A stretch of 63,923 bases of DNA, the filler included, from Saprolegnia diclina VS20 (Eukaryota): NCBI RefSeq assembly GCF_000281045.1. It is 3 parts of 2 records of this genome, joined end to end, with 100 filler letters (N's around TTAATTAATTAA, not from the genome) between each part and the next. Parts side by side here need not be neighbours in the genome. Positions count along the whole stretch, not along the records: positions 24,040 to 53,475 come from NW_008246074.1; 2 more parts are not named here. One strand, given 5' to 3'. The notes beneath the pieces were generated by a model, which worked only from the letters and a program-made list of their open reading frames with translations, was not told the origin of the DNA and searched no databases. The number at the start of each line of letters is the position of its first letter. Position 1 is the stretch's first letter. Both the position numbers and the translations under genes were made by a program. Positions 24,923-36,400 of this stretch are shown here, piece by piece.

Positions 24923-26557
24923 ATGGGCATCGGGTTCGGCATCGAGTGCGTCGTCTTGGCCATTGGGACGTACGCCCTTCTGCATCACTACAAGGATGCG
25001 CAAGTCGGAGCGATTGTGTCGGGCACCGTCTTCTTTAGCTGGTACGTGGGCTTTCTTGGCCTTGTGCTGCTGCCATTGGACTTGACGACGACGGCGAGCG
25101 GCCAGGACAAGGCGTATCCGCTTTTGCTTACTGCGTGGCAGCTCGTATATTGGTTTACGTTTGTACTCAGCTGGGTCGTGCTGCCCATTCTGATCGAGTT
25201 TAGCCAAAGCGGCGCGTTCAGCACGGAGCAGCGCTTGCGGCTCTCGATCAAGTACCTGCTGCGGCACTACGCAGTGCTGCTCACACTCGGGTTTGTCCTC
25301 TTCTTGTACCTTGTCGTGGTCGACCATTTCACGATTGGCGGTGTCCTTGGCCTCGTCATGACGCTCGGCAACACGTACGGTCTCCTCTGGATCATCTGCC
25401 TCCTCGGGTACGGCCTCATCAACATCCCGCGCAAAGTCTACGCGTACAGCGACCCGTCGCTGCGCTTGCGCCAGCTCTACTTTCGAGCGATCCACGTCCA
25501 CGACGAGCGTGTCGAAGCGCAGTTTGTCTATGACGACGTCGTGCGCGAGGTGCGCCAGCTTGCGGCGCGCTTCCGGACGATCGAAGCCGCCACGATCATC
25601 GTATCGCCCGACTTTCAGTACATCAAGCAGTGCATCGACCACCTTATGGGGACCATCGGACTCGACACCGACGTCGAAGCGGCCAAGCCACTCAAGCGAC
25701 AGACTCGGTCCAGCTACCGGTCGCTGCCCGGGCCTGCCCTGGACGACACGCTACCGACCGAGAAGGAAATCATCCATTTAAATGGGCGCGCCAAGCGTGT
25801 CCAAGCCGACCTTCGGCGCTGCGACCAGACGTGGATCGATCTGTGCTACGACGGCCAGCAGCTCCAGCTCGCAGCCCGGTCGCCCTCGCCTCTCGTGCCA
25901 CTGTTGGCCAAAACGCTCACGTGCATCTGTGTCCTCGGGTCTGCTGTCATCATGTGGAGCGAAGTCGTCATGGGCGGCGCCGAGTGGCTCTCGCCGCTCC
26001 GGCTGCTACTGGCGTCGGCCGCCTCGACGCACATTCTGGTCATTGGCCTCCTGCTCTACATGGGTCTCTGCACGTACCAGAGTCTCTTTTCGATGCGTGG
26101 GTTTGGGCGACTCGCGCTGCACGGCAACCACAACTCGACCGAGCTAAGTCTCCTCACGACATCGGTGCACCAGAGCCGGCTTCAGTTTTCGCTCGGGTAC
26201 AACTTTCTGCTGCTACTGAATGCGTCGACGCTCACGTCGCGCACGGCGTTCCATGCGCTCTTCACCGACATGCGGCTCATCCACTTTTTCGGTACCGACT
26301 TTAGTATGTATGCGCCGACGCTCCTTCTCGTCCTCGCGGTTTGTACGCTGCTGAACGGGTACGCGCGCCTCGTCCGGTACCTCGGCTTGGACCAGTACGA
26401 AGAGCTGCTGCATGGACACGTCGAGCACGAGGCCAAAGTCCACCAAGGCGAGGCGCTTGTCCAGCGCGGGATTGAAAAATATGCGCGGCAGTGGGCAACC
26501 AAGGCGGCGGCGACGGGCTCGGAGCTCGCGGCGCCGCTTCTCGCTGCCAACGAGTGA
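24923..26557 (+). CDS. LMBR1-like membrane protein (LMBRD2-type), intronless
   Basis: Multiple TM helices. Motifs LLPLDL, WQLVYWFTFVLSWVVLPIL.EF..SG.F, NTYGL..IICLLGYGLINIPR and LGYNFL. Confidence 0.9.
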   Translation: MGIGFGIECVVLAIGTYALLHHYKDAQVGAIVSGTVFFSWYVGFLGLVLLPLDLTTTASGQDKAYPLLLTAWQLVYWFTFVLSWVVLPILIEFSQSGAFSTEQRLRLSIKYLLRHYAVLLTLGFVLFLYLVVVDHFTIGGVLGLVMTLGNTYGLLWIICLLGYGLINIPRKVYAYSDPSLRLRQLYFRAIHVHDERVEAQFVYDDVVREVRQLAARFRTIEAATIIVSPDFQYIKQCIDHLMGTIGLDTDVEAAKPLKRQTRSSYRSLPGPALDDTLPTEKEIIHLNGRAKRVQADLRRCDQTWIDLCYDGQQLQLAARSPSPLVPLLAKTLTCICVLGSAVIMWSEVVMGGAEWLSPLRLLLASAASTHILVIGLLLYMGLCTYQSLFSMRGFGRLALHGNHNSTELSLLTTSVHQSRLQFSLGYNFLLLLNASTLTSRTAFHALFTDMRLIHFFGTDFSMYAPTLLLVLAVCTLLNGYARLVRYLGLDQYEELLHGHVEHEAKVHQGEALVQRGIEKYARQWATKAAATGSELAAPLLAANE

Positions 26558-27123
26558 GCGTTATTTCTCTATACACAAGCTTTTTTACGTGTTGCAGCAT
26601 GCTCGATCCGGAGCTCTTCGGAGCCGCCTCACTACATGTCTATGAGACCACGCGACCGACGATGGCTGGACGAGTTGTCCAAATTTGCTTACGAGTCCAT
26701 AGTGTCCTCGAGGGCGTGAAGCTGTGACCGCTTCGGCACCAAGAACAATCAAAACGTACTGGACAGAGAGAGGCCGTACTCCATAAACACCGAGTAGTGT
26801 ACTACTGCAAAGCAAGAATGACAGTGGCAGCTAGGTACGTCTACTGACTGCTGCCAAAGGCTGTGCAGTCTCCCATCACCGAGCTTCTCCCGTGGGACTC
26901 AACATGCAAACCCACCTCGCCTTGTCCCGACCTAGATGGCTAGGTTCGTACTCTGTGCCCCATCACTAAGCTTAGCCGTGAATGATGATAATGGCGAACC
27001 ACATTGCCCGTGTGGTAGCGGGGTTTCTATCAATTTATCAAGTGGGTCGGGATACAGACGCACCACTATGCTTTTGCAAAGCCGACAATACACGTTGTTT
27101 GCGACGGGTATTGTTGTGTTTGT

Positions 27124-28682
27124 TTAGCCACTGTTGGTGTACCCACCCGCTTTGCCCATGGCGACTAAGGTCGCGCCTTGGTTTGTCGTCATGTCGGCCG
27201 ACGCTGTCCAGAGCATCGCGCCGCCGTACTGGGCCGCGCCTTGCGACGCATACGCACTGAGTTGCGTGCTCGTTGGCGCCGCGCCAAACGCACAGCCGCC
27301 GAGTGTCCCGACAGGGCCGACACAGCCACCGAGAATAATTTGCATCGGATTGACCGTCTTGGTCCACAGCGTCGGTGTCGTTGTCGTCAAGTACGTGTCG
27401 TAGTCGGTCTAGTCGGTCCAAGATTGAGGCACTCTGTCGTTAGGAAGGATAGCACTGCTGGACGTACGGACGACGCGGCGTTGTACATCATGAGATTCAC
27501 ATGGTCGACGATACCCGCGATGCGCGGATCAAAGCAGCGCTGAAAGTCCCCCGTCGGTGTGTTGCAGTCGGGGTTGAGCGACGTCGGGAACTCGTCCCAC
27601 GTGATTTGGTACGCAGGCTCGGTGGCTGCGCGTGGCAAACTGCCCAGCTGCGTCTTGAGGGCGGTGAGGTACGCGACGACGCTGGGCGCGACGTTCGCCT
27701 TCCAGTCGCCGGCCGCGAGGAGGTTGCCACTTTCGTCGTCAATGTCGACACCGTCAAAGCCAAACCTACGAGCAACTTCGTATCGCCGTGTCGTGGAGAG
27801 GCTAAACACACGCACTTTTGAACCACTTGGGCTGCGGTGGACGCAAACGTGGCGATCTGCGCGGTCGAGTTGAGCGCGACGAACGTCTGGCGCATGGTCG
27901 CGCCGCCAATGCTAATGTAGTTTTTGATGCATTTTCTAGAGACATAGCGATGGTGGTGAGGCCACAAGTAGAGGAAATTGTCGTGCAGTACGCGCGGGTC
28001 TGCGCCAAGCAGGCTTTGAGCGTCGCGTCCGAGCCCTGGAACGAGCTGCTCACGGTGCCCGAGGCTGCGTCAATGAGCGCAAAGCTCCAGTAAATATGGG
28101 TCACGTAAGCCGCGGCGCTGCTGGAGGCAAACTAAGCACGAGAAACATGCAGCTGGAAACGCACGTAGAAGGAAACGGTACCGACGAGCAGTCGACTTGG
28201 GATTCCCAAAACACGCCAAACGTCTTCTTCGGCGCGGGGCAGCTCACGCAGCTGTTGCCAACGAGGTGCGTGCCCCGGTTGGGGCAAGACCCGTCGGCCG
28301 ACGTTGGGCTCGGTGATGCTGCTTTGGTGCTCGGCGTCGGCTTGGGGGTTGGCGCCAGTGTCACACTCGGTGTCGGCGCTGTGAGCGCGTCCGAGCCCGT
28401 GGTCACCGCCTGGTTGTTGTCGGGGTTAAAGGTGCCCACGGCAGCGAGAATGCCCACGATAAGCCCGGCCATCGCGAGCACTGTTGACTGCGATGAGATG
28501 CGAAGGTGGAATTGCTATTGCCGCGTACCTGGCAGCGCGGCGCGGCGAAGGCACAACGCGGACAATTGCGACTCGCGCGGCGGCAGTACGGCAGGGTCGT
28601 CGTCGTCGAGGGGTGTGGCGCGCCCACTCGTGTTGTGCAGAGGCGACGCGAGGCGTGCAAAATCGGCGCGGGGTGTGGTCAT
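27124..28682 (-). CDS. Glycoside hydrolase family 18 chitinase-like enzyme with N-terminal TM anchor and Pro/Thr linker, multi-exon
   Basis: VTHIYWSFA, YISIGG (SxGG), catalytic FGFDGVDIDDE (DxxDxDxE), VNLMMYN and YGGAMLW. TM segment LAMAGLIVGILAAVG is followed by a TAPTPSVTLAPTPKPTP linker. Confidence 0.88.
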
Positions 28683-29614
28683 GGACGTTGTGAAGGCAAG
28701 CGAATCTGCCGTTTGAAGCTAAGTTTAGCAAGCGCGTGTTCGACAATGCGAGCAATGATGATGCCAAGGAGAAAAGGACTGGCGCGCCCGTGCGCCAAGA
28801 TCTTACCGTTGTCGTGTCGCAGCGTCGCAAAGGCTAGTTTCACCCAACCACGACTCCGCGCCAAAAATTTGAATGCGCCAGCAGCAGGTATTGCCATCGC
28901 ATGGGCTTGTCTTGTCCCGTGGTTGATCCGGCCTACGTGGGAGCGTCTGCCTACTAGCTCCGAGTCGACAAATCTCGAGGTCGAACGGGCAACGCTGCGT
29001 GGATTCGTGTCCATATCGAAGCAGCTCCAATGACATTGCAACACCCACCGCAAATATATGGGCACCCGCGTGTCGCGGCTGCGGTCTACGAGCGACCGAG
29101 CGATGCGAGTGAGCGTACTACTGGTAGTATCCAACACTGGAGCGACGATGACCGCAACAGCTTGCGATGGCGACCGCCTAACGGGACTGGTTTGCTTCCG
29201 GACTTCCACACGGGACCAGGCGAGATTGCATTGGCCAAGAAAAGCACTGGGCGCAGGTCACCACGCGCCTAGCGCCCTACTACAGTACTGCATGCCGCAA
29301 GCGTGTCCTCGGGTCCACGCGGCTACTCGTCAAGGTCTCTCCAGTCCACCGCTCGGTCGCCAGGCGAACCTTCAAATGGTATCGATATTAGAGCATCTAT
29401 GCGGGTGGCGAGTACCGGTATAACGAGGCAGGTCGACTGGCAGGTCGGCGGCGGCGATCAGTCGATGCGCTCTCCATGTAGCAAGCGGCGAGCGGGCCGG
29501 AAACCTCTTGAGGTTTGTATGGCATACGTTTCGAGCACCTTCAAACTGGCATCCCGCATAATAATAAAATAAAATAAACAGTTTGGTTGTCCAAGATATA
29601 GACCGACGCGCACG

Positions 29615-32462
29615 ATGGCGACGACGACGACGCTGCCGCCCCCGCCGTACATGCTCGGCGAGCGCCCGGCGCCCTTCCACGCCGGCGACGGAAGCGTCAC
29701 GTTCCGTCAAGTACCGTACGTGAGCGTCCACGCGCGCATCGAGAAGGGCACCGCGGTCCGGAGGCACCTCAAAAAGTACCTCGAGTCGAGCAGTCACTCG
29801 CACTCGATGATGGCCCACGCCTTTCTCAGCGACGCCCACGTGGCCTCGATGCAACCGGAAGAGATCTCCAAGTCCTCGATGGACGACGTCTTCCGCTGCC
29901 TCCAGCGCTACAACCACACGGTCGGGACCAAGTCCATGGAGGTCGCCAAGGCGCTCTCGCAGCTCGCGTCGCCGCTCGACAACGCGGGCCGCGTCAAAAA
30001 GTGGAACAAGGACAACTACAACATCGTACGACCTCCTCGCATGCTAGCATTCGACCGACGATGATCCTGTCTAGATCCAAAAATGCGTCCAGGACGTGGC
30101 CGCGGCAGAGAAGCGCATGGTACACTCGGCTGCGAACACGACAGTGTACTAAAGAGCATGTTGTAGGAGCGCGCAATCGCGCGGCGAGACAAGGCGATCG
30201 AAGACCACGCCCACTGGAAGCGCATCTGCGAGATGAACGCCGGCGCCGTGGCCATGCAGCCCAACAACGCCGACTGCCAACGCGCACTGTCCGTCTCCCA
30301 AGGTACCGTCGACCTCCAAAGAAGCTTCTTGCAGGACCATGATCCATAGCCAAGGCCAGTGTCGCCGCCGAGGAAGAGCGCATGGGCCTCGAAGAGTACG
30401 AAGACTGCAAGAACGCTCTCCACTCAGCCATCGAGCACCGCGACGACATCGTCGAAGAGTCCACCGACGCGTCGCAGATGATGGAAGAAGACCGGCTCGA
30501 AACCATGGTGCTCATCCTGCAGCAGTTTGTCCAAGTGAGCACGCAACGCCATTACATGACTCATCGTGCGTTAGGTCAAGCAGTCGGCGCTGGCCGCGGA
30601 AATGGAGAGTCTGCGCGACCTTGCGCGCATGGTGTCGGCGACCGACCGGTCTGCGACGATCCAGCAGTATATTCTGGACCACATGCAGCCCGACATTACG
30701 CACCGGCACTCGAAAGCACTCTTCCTCCTCGAGTGGCACTGGAAATGGCATCTTGAGCGCATCGAGCTCGCGCGCAACGAGCCGGACGACTACCTCGCGC
30801 TCGAGTCGGACGCTTTGTATGAGGATGTCCGTTTCTTATTCTCTGGATCTTAGTGGTGGTACTAGGCCGTGTCTGCAGGCGAGTGGCATGACCGTCCACG
30901 ACGTCGAGGTCATGAAGGACTTCATTGCGTGCTGCTTTGTCGAGCCCGACCTCTCGCGCATGATGTTGGATCCGACCAAAGTCTCGACGCGGCACCGGCG
31001 GCGGTTCGTCGACCCCAAGTCCAAGGCCCTCTACCGCATGGACACGGTGCGCAAGGTGCTTGTGGCGGCACTCAACCACCAACGCACGCACTCGCTCACG
31101 CTCTCGGTCCGTGCAACCTTCGATGATTTCGCATTTTTGAAACATTGAAACATTGATATTAATGTGGCAACATGACCATGTAGGCGCAGGGCTACGAAGC
31201 ACTTGTGGCGTCGATGAACCTCCTCTTGCACGGTTGCATGGACCGCGGCGACACCAAGTGCGCCAAGAGCGTCATGAACATGGCGCAGACGTTCTATCGC
31301 GTCGAAGTGGACGGGAACACGCAACAGTACCTCCTCGACGGCGTCGTGCACCACCCGATTTGGCAAACCGCCCATTTCTGGGGCGACGCTGTACGTCCCG
31401 AGCCGTATGTGACACCGTTCGACTCTGCATAGGTTCTCATGAGCATTGGCGAAGAGCTGAGCCGGAACCCGATGGAGACGCCGTGGCACTACTGGCCGCC
31501 CGCCAAGCGCGCGTCGCTCGTGCTCTCGGTGCACAATACGGTCTTTGGCCAGCTCTCGACGTACCTCTACAACATGGCGGCGTTCAAGATGTCCAAACAC
31601 CAGATCATGCAGTTCGTCCAGAACGTGGCGTTTTCGTTCGAGCTCAGCGAAGACCAGCGCATCATGCTGCTCGCGAGCGCCAACGGGCTCGACACGGCGG
31701 CGTCGTCCGACGCCTTGGCCCTCGAGGGCGGCGACGCGGCCATGTTTACGACTGCAATCTTTCCCGAATGGCGCAAGCGCGCGCCGCCCGGACGGACGCC
31801 GTTGCAGAAGATGCGCCGCGGGCTCTCCAAGATCAAGGGCATCTTCGACCAAGACTCGGCCGCGCAAGCTGCTTCGACCCAAGCGCTGCTCGCCAACGCC
31901 CAAGTACGTTGCTTATAGCATGTAGAATAGCAGCGTCGAGCTGTGAACGTAGAAGACGAGCGAAGTGTGGGAAAGCCTCTTTGGCGACGACCCGAAGAAG
32001 GCGCTGCCGCCGAGCGACGCGATCGAGTTGACATCGAACGCGCACGCGCTCTCGACGCCGTCGCTTGCCCGCGTCGAGAGCGAAGACGAAGGCAGGAGCA
32101 GCCGGGTTCGACGAGACGACGAGATGCGCCGGCGCGACAGTCGTCGGGGCCGACCACAGAGCACCAACAACTTGCACGAGTTACTGCAGGCCGAGGCCAA
32201 CTCGGACACGAGCAGCATGGCGCCGTCAACCTCGCCGTGGATGCCGTCGGCGCGGAAGAAGACCCGGCCGGCCAGCGAGCGCTTTGCCCACGACGAGCGG
32301 TTCAACGACACGACGCTACTGCTGCCGTCGGCAGCACCCGCGTCCGTGCCGGTGCTGCATCACCGTGAGAGCGTCGATGCGACGCCCGCCCCCAAGAGCT
32401 ACGATGCGCTGTCGGGCGTTGCGGCCATACGAGCGCGGTTCGAGAAGCGCGGGTCGTCCTAG
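29615..32462 (+). CDS. BAR/F-BAR-like coiled-coil + SBF2-domain protein, multi-exon
   Basis: The helical N-terminal half has a BAR-like pattern (…EEDRLETMVLILQQFV). The C-terminal SBF2-like motifs are AKSVMNMAQTFY, HPIWQTAHFW and VFGQLSTYLYNMAAF. Confidence 0.7.
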
Positions 32463-32583
32463 TATCGCTCGTCGGCTTCATCCACAACGCTGGCGACAAG
32501 ACGGTGGGTGAGGCCGATGAGGATGAGTTTGATGAAGGGAATGGTCGTGTGTGCGTAGTTGTTGTAAGCTTAATGGGCGTTGT

Positions 32584-33108
32584 CTACTTGGTCGTCTTGC
32601 CAATGTACTTGGTGGGCATGCTAAACGCGGTGGCGCCGGCGCCGTACTGGAAGAGGCGGCCGCAGACGGGCATGACGTCCCACTTGAGCTTCAGAGTCAC
32701 GTCGGCGCCGCGGAGCTCGTCGTGCTGGTCGGCAAGAAAATACTTGACGCCTTCGTCGGTCCGGCGTAGCATCGCGTCGTCCTTGGTCGGGACGATCGCG
32801 TCCCAGATGACCACCTCGTTCTTGGCGTTGGACGCGCTTGCATACTCGGCAACAATGTACACAAATAGCTGCTTCGTGTTCCAGTTGAAGACCGAGCGCA
32901 GATCCGCGTCCAAGTCGAACGAGAGCACGGCCTTCTCGGTGCGGTCGCGGTACTTCTTGAGCGAGTGCACCGTGTTGAGCGAGAGCGTGTTGATGACCGG
33001 CGACGGCTCGTGGAGGTACGTGGTCAGCGTCGTCAGCGCGCACATGATGGACATGGCGGTCATCGCGAGCGTGAAGAGCGCGTTCGCCCGCGTCCAGATC
33101 GTATGCAT
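32584..33108 (-). CDS. SPCS3: Signal peptidase complex subunit 3 (SPC22/23)
   Basis: MHTIWTRAN + TM helix; FDLDADLRSVFNWNTKQLFVYIVAEY; NEVVIWD; KYFLAD; WDVMP. Confidence 0.95.
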   Translation of the reverse strand: MHTIWTRANALFTLAMTAMSIMCALTTLTTYLHEPSPVINTLSLNTVHSLKKYRDRTEKAVLSFDLDADLRSVFNWNTKQLFVYIVAEYASASNAKNEVVIWDAIVPTKDDAMLRRTDEGVKYFLADQHDELRGADVTLKLKWDVMPVCGRLFQYGAGATAFSMPTKYIGKTTK

Positions 33109-33308
33109 GCTCGTCTCTCGATCGCTCGCAAGCCCAACTGCGGTCGCCCACGTGGCCCGTACATCCGGATACCGTGCCAGGTCATCCGGTTAACCGCGCC
33201 ACCTGCGGTTTCAAAGACTTGCCGCACGCCATTTTACCACAGGATCGCGATCCGAGAATCGTCGGCAAGTTGGGTGTTTTTCGATCGTTCGGTTTCAGCA
33301 CAGCGAAT

Positions 33309-35606
33309 ATGGTCAAGTCCAACGACAGGCCGGTCACCGACTGGGTGGATGCAAGTCCCATCTCGATGCAAGCCACAGGCATGGAGGCGGCAACACGCAT
33401 GGAGGGATCTCGGCTGGTAGACCACGTCGCCGCTCGGCGTCGACTGTCGCCGTGGATGCGCGAGCTCGTAGGCACGAGCTGGGCGTGATGGCTACATGAG
33501 GCGCCAAGCGTAGGTCCTGCTACTCGCCTCTGGCGACGTGACTGCAGACGTGGTTTTGCGCACCATCGATGTACTCTTTGTCGAGCGCCGAACGACCATG
33601 TCCAACGCGCGACGTAGGTGGAGGTCGCGACGACCGTCCCTCTTGTGCCATCAACTGCAACGTCGCCGGTCTTTATCGCCCTGCAAGAGCTGCTCTTCGC
33701 TTCCGTATCGGGCCATGTTCATCTATTGTATGCATACAAGCCTTGTAGATCGGTCAGCGCTGGGCCCCCGAGCTGCTCTGGAGAGGCCTCGTCTGGCCTC
33801 TAACGACAACGATGGTGCCACCCGCAGTCCGCAAGGAGCTGCAGGCGCTGATACACGCCCACGGCTGCACCGTCCTTCTCCCTCTCTTGCTCGTAGCGTC
33901 AACCTTGCGTTCTATAGCCTCTTCACACTAACCTCTAGTCTGTCCTTGGTGCCCTTGGCATCTCGTCGGCGCCGCCGACGTCCGATGACCTCGATGGGCT
34001 CCTGGAGACGCGCGCTAACGTACGAGACTTCAACGCATCTGCCTACAATAAGGTCTTAGGTTGCTATCCTGCGCGTTAGGCGCATCCACTGCAGTGGGCC
34101 ATTATCTGTGCCGCATTGCCTCGAAGCCGCCAGGTCCAGCAGCAGTACCGCGCTTGCTACGTCGCAGCCTGCGATCACACCTTTCACGTATGCACCGTCG
34201 ACCGCTCTCACGTTATACCAAGTGTCTAGCGCTACAAGACCGTTGGCGAAGTGCAGCGCTACCGCTACGTGGGCTTTGACGTCGACGGAACGTTGGTGCA
34301 ATATCGCACGGAGCGCATCCTCCGCGACTCGCTTGCTGCCATTGCGCGCCGCCTTTTGCTAGTACAATGCGCCGATAGATCTATACCATTAGTCACGGGT
34401 AGGTCTACCCGACGCTGCAAGGCGTGTGGCCGCCACGATGGCTTCCCGCCCTCGCCCAGCGCTCTGTCGCAATCGACGTGGATGCAGGTGATTTCATTGT
34501 CCTCGGAGACGACGGCAGCTCGATCCTCGGCGCCTTCCACGGCTCGCGCGAGCTCGTCGATATCAACAACCTGCGCTTCTCGACACTGGTATACATGCAC
34601 ACGCTGCACGACGTGGTGTTCGCCCCGCTCTTTGCGTGGCTTGTCGACGCCGTGGACAGTGGCCACGTACTGTATCCTCCAGCAGCTTCTCCTCATGCGG
34701 CGGTAGCTCTCGAAAGCGTCCCTGACGTACGCGTCGCTGGCCAGCAGCGTCCGGCTCGTGGCCTACCAGTACAACGCCCAAGAATTCGAGGTACTCGACT
34801 TGGTCACACACATGTACGCTGAGAAGGGTGGTAGCCCGCCCTTGTCGCGACGCCAGCAAAGTACATCGTTGTGGCCAAAGCCACGGCCGCGATCATCAAG
34901 CAGCTTGCGACGCGCCACACGCTCTTTCTCATCACCAACGGGACATGGGAGCATGCGAACCACGTGCTCACTTTCGCGCTGGGCGGCGCGTGGGAGCAAC
35001 ATTTCGCGCTAGTCGTCACCGAAGCGAGAAAAGACTCATTCTTCACCTCACGACAACCTACGAGACCCTTTCAGGTATGTTGAGAGTGCCATTTGGTGCT
35101 TAGTTAAGCCTGGCGATGGCGTAGCACCTGCGGCCGGATGGCAACCGCTGTCCGGCACCGAGCCCGTTACCTCTGAGTGGTCGCTACTGTGGTGGCCATG
35201 CGAGCAGTCTGCACGCTGCATTCGGTGTTGCCCCGAATCAAGTAGCGTACGCCCTGTAAGCTGCAGACCTTTCGAGGTGGTAGGTATGCTATGTGGGCGA
35301 CCACCCCGTTCAAGACGTCGAGCTGCCCCGTGCGTGCGTTGGCTGGGACACGATCGCGCTCCTTGAGGAGCTGCGCCCGTATGTACGCTCCTGCTGGCTG
35401 CCATATGCGCCCTATCCGAGATGAGGTAGAAACAAGAGCCGGCGCGATGGTCTTGGCTCTGTCGCCGGCATAAGACCGCGCCGGACCCGGCGACGCCACA
35501 CCAGCTGTGCTACGTGCGCGACGTCCAAAGCGCCGTGGGCGCGCGCCTTCTCGCGTCCAGCGTCATGTGTATCGGTTCGATTGACGAGTTACGACGGTAT
35601 GTCTAA
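33309..35606 (+). CDS. 5'-nucleotidase-domain (NT5DC-type HAD) protein with an unexplained N-terminal extension, many exons
   Basis: HAD motif I YVGFDVDGTLVQY, LFLITNG, ARKDSFF and YVGDHPVQDV..GWDTIALLEEL. The C-terminus is ..CIGSIDELRRYV* at 35606. The adjacent upstream exon splices in frame; the start at 33309 is less certain. Confidence 0.7.
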
Positions 35607-35620
35607 CGAGATATGGTCGT

Positions 35621-36145
35621 TTACTTGGTGAGTTCCTTGTTCATAAACTTTCGCTTCGCAAAGAGCATCCACCACTTGCTTCGCGAGCCGTCGACGTACA
35701 CGAGCTCGATGAGGCGCATCGCGAGGGTTTCGCGGAGCTGCTTGAGGTACCCGCGCGTCGTCTCGCCCTCGGCCATGTTGGCGGCCATCTTGACCATGCC
35801 GCCGAGCGGGAAGCTCGACTCGCCGGGAATCGCAAAGCTGTCGGCTGCGACCTGCGACAGCTGGCGCTGCGCATCCGACTTGGAGCTGCAGCGCTCGAGG
35901 CGCTTGAGGCACATGTGCGTAAAGAGCGTGCCATAGACAAGGACACGGTCGGCGGCACCCTTGATCTCGTAGTTGGTGAAGAGCACGTTCGCCCGGAAGA
36001 GCGTCAAGATCTCGTCGACAATGTCTTCCTGGTCCTCGGGGCATGGCGGTGCGGGCCCGCGGGTGCGACTCTTGAGCGGCAGAAGCGCGAAGCCGCAGGC
36101 CTCGGCGCATGGCAGCTCGTTGTACGCGGAATGATACGCTGGCAT
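35621..36145 (-). CDS. ARPC3: Arp2/3 complex subunit 3 (p21-Arc)
   Basis: MPAYHS; DIVDEIL.LFRANVLF.NYEIKGAADRVLVYGT; FAIPGE..FPL; SKWWMLFAKRKFMNK. Confidence 0.97.
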   Translation of the reverse strand: MPAYHSAYNELPCAEACGFALLPLKSRTRGPAPPCPEDQEDIVDEILTLFRANVLFTNYEIKGAADRVLVYGTLFTHMCLKRLERCSSKSDAQRQLSQVAADSFAIPGESSFPLGGMVKMAANMAEGETTRGYLKQLRETLAMRLIELVYVDGSRSKWWMLFAKRKFMNKELTK

Positions 36146-36400
36146 GATGGCAGCCTCTTGCAAGATGACGGAAGGAAGCGGCGAGCGCCGAATTAAAATA
36201 CCGTGGCATCACAACTTGCTGTTTGTATGTATTTTAAAAACCGCGTCCATCGACCCCAGGGCTTGGTCGCACTTAAGGGAGTAAAGCGTTTCGTCCGGAT
36301 AAAGATTTAAGAGCGACTAACTAAACACATGGCTAGTCGATTGATAGAAATAGGTCGTGGACGGTTTAGTCGATGAAGCCCAGCGAGCTCTCGCGGTAGC

